A DNA stretch of 64,000 nt from an uncultured cyanobacterium (GTDB lineage: Bacteria > Cyanobacteriota > Cyanobacteriia > Cyanobacteriales > CAWCAG01). The notes under the pieces were generated by a model that worked only from the letters and a program-made list of their open reading frames with translations, made no database searches and was not told where the DNA came from. Below are positions 58,651 through 64,000 of the stretch, in pieces (position 1 is the first letter of the stretch; each line of letters starts with the position of its first letter). Location of the stretch: NCBI GenBank assembly GCA_963803805.1, contig CAWDOD010000006.1:160001-224000 (forward strand), read 5' to 3'. The position numbers and the translations under genes are program-made.

Positions 58651-59601
58651 ATGAATCCACAATACAACAAACTTGAATTTTCAGTTCCCATTACTCAAAA
58701 AATTCATAGTACGGCTCAAAAGTTTCAAAATCAGCAAGCCAATGCTAAAAAATCTCAACAAGTTTATCTTAATACTTTAGCTGTGTATGCTGCTAATTAC
58801 TACTTAGAATGTTTAGGTATTGAAACAGACTTAGAAGTAAGTGATAGTTGGAATCCTGTTTTACAAGCCCTTGCCAACGTAGGAGATTTAGTTGTTAGGA
58901 ATAAAGGTAAACTAGAGTGTCGCTATGTTTTGCCTGGAGAGGACTATTGTTATGTACCTCCGGAAGTTTGGCAAGACAGAATTGGTTATGTTGTCGTTAG
59001 GCTCAATCAAGAATTAACTGAAGCAACTCTGTTGGGATATATCCCTCAAGTAAAAACAGAAAAAGTTGCTATCAAAGAACTAGAATCTTTAGATAGATTA
59101 TTAGAAGTACTTAGTATTGAAGAACTTGAAGAAGTGACAGCAATTAATCAGCAAATAATCAAGCTTAGTCAATGGTTAGAGAAGCGATTTGAACATGGTT
59201 GGCAAGCAGTAGAAGACATCTTACAAAAACCAAGTAATGATTTGTTATTTAGCTTTCGCGGTAAATATAAATTTAGACAACAGTCTACCAATGTGGCTGA
59301 AGGAGCAAAGATTTTAGGTTTGGAAAGGGAAGGAGAAGAAGTTGCTTTGATTATAGGTTTAACCCCAACTCAAGAGTCAGAAATGGACATTTCTGTACAA
59401 GTTTATCCTGCTGGAAAACAAACCTATTTACCCAAAGATTTGCAACTCATGGTACTAGATGAAGGAGGGGAAGCAGTCATGCAAGCTCAAGCAAGAAGTA
59501 CCAAAAATATTCAACTAGAGTTTAGTGGTGAACCAGGAGAAAAATTTAGTGTCAAGGTTGCTTTAGGAAATGTGAGTATCACAGAACCTTTTCTGATTTA
59601 G
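58651..59601 (+). CDS. DUF1822 family protein
   Basis: QVYLNTLAV.A...YL, S.SWNP, LECR, DRIGYVVV, LSQWL..F..GW, C-terminal IQLEFSG..GE.FSV. Confidence 0.85.
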   Translation: MNPQYNKLEFSVPITQKIHSTAQKFQNQQANAKKSQQVYLNTLAVYAANYYLECLGIETDLEVSDSWNPVLQALANVGDLVVRNKGKLECRYVLPGEDYCYVPPEVWQDRIGYVVVRLNQELTEATLLGYIPQVKTEKVAIKELESLDRLLEVLSIEELEEVTAINQQIIKLSQWLEKRFEHGWQAVEDILQKPSNDLLFSFRGKYKFRQQSTNVAEGAKILGLEREGEEVALIIGLTPTQESEMDISVQVYPAGKQTYLPKDLQLMVLDEGGEAVMQAQARSTKNIQLEFSGEPGEKFSVKVALGNVSITEPFLI

Positions 59602-59695
59602 TTAGAGAAATAAAGTTTTTAACCCTTGCTGCCTGCTACCTACTCCCTACTCCCTACCCCCACAAATAACCTGTGCAAATAAACAGGATTTGGTA

Positions 59696-62600
59696 TCACA
59701 TACCGCAACGTTCGAGATAAATTTGTGCTACTTTATCCTGCGGGTTCAGGTCTAAGCATTTCCGAAATAATTTTGCGGCTTGGGAGTGGGCATGACGATA
59801 AAAGAGTTGCAGGGCTTCCTCAAAAAACTGGATAGTATCTGATTTGGCAGCACGAATTTCGGGAGGATCGCCATCGAAAACTTCAAAAACAGCTACAGGT
59901 CGAGATTTTCCTTTTGGGACAATTTGAGCAATGAGGCGAATGTGATATTGGGTTGGGTCTTGGAGTCGGGCTAAAGTATGATGGGAAATTAATAAAGATA
60001 CTTCATATCTTTTCGTTAAATCCTCCAAACGGGCAGCTAAATTAACTGCATCGCTAATGGCGGTGCTATCTAAACGAGATTTACCTCCCACAGTACCCAA
60101 CATCAAAGAACCAGTATTGATACCAATACCAATTTGGATGGGAGGACGTTGGGTTGTCTGCCGAGTTTGATTATATTCCCTTAATGCCTGCAACATAGTA
60201 ATGGCCGCTTTGACGGCATCGTCTGCTTCCCTACCAAATAGGGCCATGATGGCATCACCAATATATTTATCGATGAAACCTTGATTTTCAATGATACTGG
60301 GTTCCATACGGGAAAGATAAGCATTAATAAACTTAAAGTTATCCTCTGGGGTCATAACCTCAGATAAGGTAGTAAAGTTGCGAATATCAGCAAACAATAC
60401 TGACATTTCCTGATGTACACAATCTCCTAGTTGTACATCAGCAATACTTTCTTTGCCTAATAAGGTCAGAAATTGCCTAGGAACAAAGCGAGAACAAGCT
60501 TCGTTGAGTCGCAATAGTCCAGCCGTAAATTTGGCTAATTCTGCTTCTGATGTTTTACGTTCTGTGATATCTTGAAAAGCGGCAATACCGTAGATTATCT
60601 CATTCTGGGAGTTGTAAACAGGAGTTCCCCAAACTTCTAAAGGAATTATTTTATCTCCTTGATGAATTTCTAAATTGTTTGTGGTGGAAGATTCCCCTCG
60701 CAAAGCACGGATTACCGGTAATTGTTCAGTAGGGTATTTTTGGTTAGTGCCAGCTATGTAGTTATCATAAATATCTGCTAGATTTTCTGGCTTCCCACTT
60801 TTGACAATTCCTTTACCTAAAATATTTTGGGCAGTGCGATTAGCGTAGTAAGGTTGAGCCTTTGCATCAAGCACAAATACCCCTACTGGTATAGCTTCGA
60901 GGAATTGGGTAAGTTGACTTTTGCTGGCCTGCACTTTTGCGTAGAGTTGGGCATTTTTAATGGAGATAGCTGCTTGAGAAGAAAGTATAGTTAATAGTTG
61001 CAATCTCTTGGCAGTAAAGGCTCCTGTGGTGAGAGTGTTTTCTAAATAAACCAAGAAAATTAGTTGTCCTTGGTTGGTTATAGGTACGCAGAGAAGGGAT
61101 TGGGGTTGTTGTTTTTGTAGATAGGGGTCATTTGCTGAGAGCTTTTCTTGTTGTAGGTTGTTATAAACTACAGTTTCTTGGCTGCGGACAACATAGTTAA
61201 TAATAGAGACTGGTAAGCGTCTGCCAATGGGAAGGGATTGCAAAACAGAAATAGAATCGCTATCTACCGCTCCTTCTGCTTCAATGAACAAACTACCATC
61301 TTCTGAAGGTAAAATTAAGCAACCTTTGGTTGCCCCCGCATTCTCAATCAAGATTTTCATTAAGGTAGCCAGCAATTTGTCTAGCTTGATTTCTTGAGAA
61401 ATCGCTTGACTAGCTTTGGTGATGGCTATTAAGTCTAAAGTTTCTCCTTGATGGGACGAAGATGTATTATTGTGTTTATCTTCTTGGCGTTCAGGAAGCT
61501 TTTCTAATAAGTAACCATAGTGTCTAACAATATCTTCTACTTTGGCTGTAGCTTGCCAACGTAGGTAGTGATAATGGGCTTTTCCGATGTAGAGTTGAGC
61601 AATTTCTTGGCGATCGCAACTTAAATAAAATCGGGCAGCAAGTTCATAAGCAAGAGCTTCTTGATTGAGATAGCCAGAGTCTTTTGCTTGCTTAATCGCT
61701 TGCTCATAAAACTCTGTAGCTGACCATTTCTGCCCTAAAATGCGAGCTTTTTCTGCTTCGACTAATTGGTATTTATGCTGGAAGTTCCCTGGGGCGTGAT
61801 CAGCCCAAGTTTTCATTTGAACTTGGTTTGTTGTTACCTGTTGTAAATACTCTCGTTGCAAACCACCATCGACTTGAGGATATCTCCCTAGTAATGCTAA
61901 GGAGTAGTAAAATTTATGCTCTGCTAAGGCTAATAAACCCACCATAGAAGGGACATACTGTTCAGCTAAAGCCCCGTTGCTAACAGCAGCAGTAAAGTCC
62001 CCGAAAAGGTAGTTAAGGATAGTTTTGGTGAGGTAAACACAAAACAAGGAACTGAGGTTATTGTTAGCTTGCAATTGAGGTAGCATTATACCTTCATCAA
62101 AAATCTCTCCCACTAAAAGACAAGGGTTTGGGTTTTTCCCTTGCAAATTTAAAACTATTTGTCCCCAAATTTGGGCGTAGTGAAGTTGGAATTGCTGTTT
62201 CAGGCTAGCAATTAGGGCAATGAATTGTTCCTGTTGTTGTTGGACAACTTCTAAAGGTTCCCCAACAAAAAAGAGATTAGAACAAGTTGGCAGAGCCGCA
62301 TAAGCTGCAAACTCAATATCTCCAGTTTCTAAACCGATTTCTATGGTTCTGCGTAAAGGTTCTAAAGATGCCCTAGCTGGTTCTTGCCAATGGCGAATAT
62401 GGGTATTGAAGAGGTTGTGAACTTTACATTGTACTTCCCTCGCTGCAAAGTCATTACTTAGTTGCAAGCCCAACTGACCAAATCTATAACCCTGGGGAAT
62501 TTGTCCCATGACACCACAAAGAAGGAAACCATAAAAGGTGTAGGCATAGGCAGCTAAAGGAGAGTTACCATAGCTAATACACAGATCTACCATAGTAAAA

Positions 62601-64000
62601 GCAATGGGGGAAAGTAGTTCTGGTTTGGCAATGAAAGCTGGGGCAAAGACTAACATCAAAATTCGCAAAGCTGCCAATTTATCAGTTTGAGTCATGGTTG
62701 GTAGTTTATAGAGATCCTCAATAATAATTTCTTGACTAGGGGGAGATGATAGCAAAGTGATATCCAGTATTTCCAAGGCGTGGAGGGCAGTATTTATCGC
62801 CGCTTCCATTTGATTTTGAGCGCCGTAAGACTGGATTTGCACTTGATAGACTTTGATTTTATCTAAAACTGTTTTTCCCTGGCTCAAAACCCTTTGGGCT
62901 AATTCCTCAGCCTGTTTAAAGTTGGTGTTGAGGTATTGGGATTCTACTGCTTCTATATGCAAATCAAGAGTTAAGGCATAGCTGGTTTGCCAACTATCCC
63001 CTGGCAGAAGACTTAAGGCAACATCAAAGTATTTTACGGCTGTTTGATAAGCATTGGCAGCTTTAGCACGCTTCCCTGCTTGGGCATTTAGCGTGATTAG
63101 TTCTTGCTTCTGTTGTCCCCTTTGCAGACATTCTCTACCCTCATTAAGCTGGTTAACAATAGCAAAGATATTCTCTTGTCTTGTTTCCTCAGACCAACCA
63201 GAAGCCAATAGTTGACCAATTTGCCAATGGGTAAGTTTTCTCTCTTGCGGGGGAATCAAAGTATAGACGGCTTGTTGCAAACGATCATGGCTGAACTTAT
63301 ACTCAACTTCTGGCTCAGAACCAAGGTATTCTTCTTGTAAGGGTATAATTAGCTGTTGGGCGATCGCTTCTTGCAAAGCAAAGGTTATTTCTTCTGGAGA
63401 TTTTTCAGTAACAATAGCTAGGGTTTGCAACTTAAACTGATTGCCGATGCAGGCGGCTAATTTGAGGGTTTGTTGAGTCAAGGGTGCTAAAGTTTGAATT
63501 TTAGCTGCCATAAGTTCAACGACATTATCAGTAAAACCCCATTCTCGAATGCGTTTTAAGTCCCATTGCCAACCCCATTCATGGCTATAATCCACTTGAG
63601 GGTATTGGAAGCGAAATAATCCTTCTTGATAAAGAGAGTGTAAGAAGATATTAATAAAGAAAGGATTGCCGTTAGTATGATTTAGAACTAATTGGGCTAA
63701 TGGTTCGACTTTTTCGGCATTACTATTAAAGGTATCAACTATTAGTTGGCTAACTTCTTTTAAACCCAAAGGTTGAAGTGAAATTCTCTCAACAATTACT
63801 CCATTTTGATGAATTTCCTCAAGCATCAAACTTATGGCATGAGTGTTATCAACTTCACTGTCACGATAAGCTCCAATTACGAAGAGATTTGTGATGCCTA
63901 CTAAAAGTTTGGTTAACTCCATTGAAGCCGGATCTGCCCATTGTAAGTCGTCTAAAAATAACACCAAAGGATGTTCTTTTTGAGCAAAGACTTGACTAAA
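59696..64000 (-). CDS. Large AAA-ATPase/TPR-like/GAF/PAS/class III adenylate-guanylate cyclase; 5' part outside the window
   Basis: Frame open to the window edge (HPLVLFLDDLQWAD); GNPFF; GAF (YLEN..GAFT); cyclase motifs FADIRNFT, DKYIGDAIMA, DAVNLAARLE. Confidence 0.9.
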   Translation of the reverse strand, partial: FSQVFAQKEHPLVLFLDDLQWADPASMELTKLLVGITNLFVIGAYRDSEVDNTHAISLMLEEIHQNGVIVERISLQPLGLKEVSQLIVDTFNSNAEKVEPLAQLVLNHTNGNPFFINIFLHSLYQEGLFRFQYPQVDYSHEWGWQWDLKRIREWGFTDNVVELMAAKIQTLAPLTQQTLKLAACIGNQFKLQTLAIVTEKSPEEITFALQEAIAQQLIIPLQEEYLGSEPEVEYKFSHDRLQQAVYTLIPPQERKLTHWQIGQLLASGWSEETRQENIFAIVNQLNEGRECLQRGQQKQELITLNAQAGKRAKAANAYQTAVKYFDVALSLLPGDSWQTSYALTLDLHIEAVESQYLNTNFKQAEELAQRVLSQGKTVLDKIKVYQVQIQSYGAQNQMEAAINTALHALEILDITLLSSPPSQEIIIEDLYKLPTMTQTDKLAALRILMLVFAPAFIAKPELLSPIAFTMVDLCISYGNSPLAAYAYTFYGFLLCGVMGQIPQGYRFGQLGLQLSNDFAAREVQCKVHNLFNTHIRHWQEPARASLEPLRRTIEIGLETGDIEFAAYAALPTCSNLFFVGEPLEVVQQQQEQFIALIASLKQQFQLHYAQIWGQIVLNLQGKNPNPCLLVGEIFDEGIMLPQLQANNNLSSLFCVYLTKTILNYLFGDFTAAVSNGALAEQYVPSMVGLLALAEHKFYYSLALLGRYPQVDGGLQREYLQQVTTNQVQMKTWADHAPGNFQHKYQLVEAEKARILGQKWSATEFYEQAIKQAKDSGYLNQEALAYELAARFYLSCDRQEIAQLYIGKAHYHYLRWQATAKVEDIVRHYGYLLEKLPERQEDKHNNTSSSHQGETLDLIAITKASQAISQEIKLDKLLATLMKILIENAGATKGCLILPSEDGSLFIEAEGAVDSDSISVLQSLPIGRRLPVSIINYVVRSQETVVYNNLQQEKLSANDPYLQKQQPQSLLCVPITNQGQLIFLVYLENTLTTGAFTAKRLQLLTILSSQAAISIKNAQLYAKVQASKSQLTQFLEAIPVGVFVLDAKAQPYYANRTAQNILGKGIVKSGKPENLADIYDNYIAGTNQKYPTEQLPVIRALRGESSTTNNLEIHQGDKIIPLEVWGTPVYNSQNEIIYGIAAFQDITERKTSEAELAKFTAGLLRLNEACSRFVPRQFLTLLGKESIADVQLGDCVHQEMSVLFADIRNFTTLSEVMTPEDNFKFINAYLSRMEPSIIENQGFIDKYIGDAIMALFGREADDAVKAAITMLQALREYNQTRQTTQRPPIQIGIGINTGSLMLGTVGGKSRLDSTAISDAVNLAARLEDLTKRYEVSLLISHHTLARLQDPTQYHIRLIAQIVPKGKSRPVAVFEVFDGDPPEIRAAKSDTIQFFEEALQLFYRHAHSQAAKLFRKCLDLNPQDKVAQIYLERCGM

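Overview
AT-rich cyanobacterial chromosomal window, judged from frequent HIP1 GCGATCGC sites, heptamer STRR-like repeats, chlB, sphR/S/U and xisH/I. It is mostly housekeeping and signalling DNA: the end of a DUF1998 helicase, SRP RNA, menF/menA/menD, a D-2-hydroxyacid dehydrogenase, tRNA-Thr, an SLH porin, TPR proteins, the phosphate two-component system, Mn-catalase, several histidine kinases, cbiET, sigG with anti-sigma, a CyRepA1-type primase/helicase, tRNA-Gly, rodA, mrp, split UPF0016 transporters, an ECF-like sigma/DUF1822 pair and a large AAA-GAF-PAS adenylate cyclase. The most striking feature is a stand-alone Y1/HUH transposase (IS200/RAYT-like, no tnpB) directly preceded by a 1.3-kb tandem array of six near-identical, palindrome-rich 211-212 bp REPIN-like units. 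Second is a ~6.4-kb accessory block after tRNA-Gly whose cargo (xisHI, a small membrane ORF, IS630, an NLR-like STAND-TPR gene) is separated by direct copies of a HIP1-linked GTAG...CTAC element. Other signals: tandem NrdR-like boxes before the CyRepA1 gene, an NPC-repeat lipopeptide with 11-bp phased repeats, mirror-image promoter motifs around an ECF sigma, a HIP1-bounded TPR gene relic and two single-base frameshifts. All calls come from reading the sequence; no searches were run.
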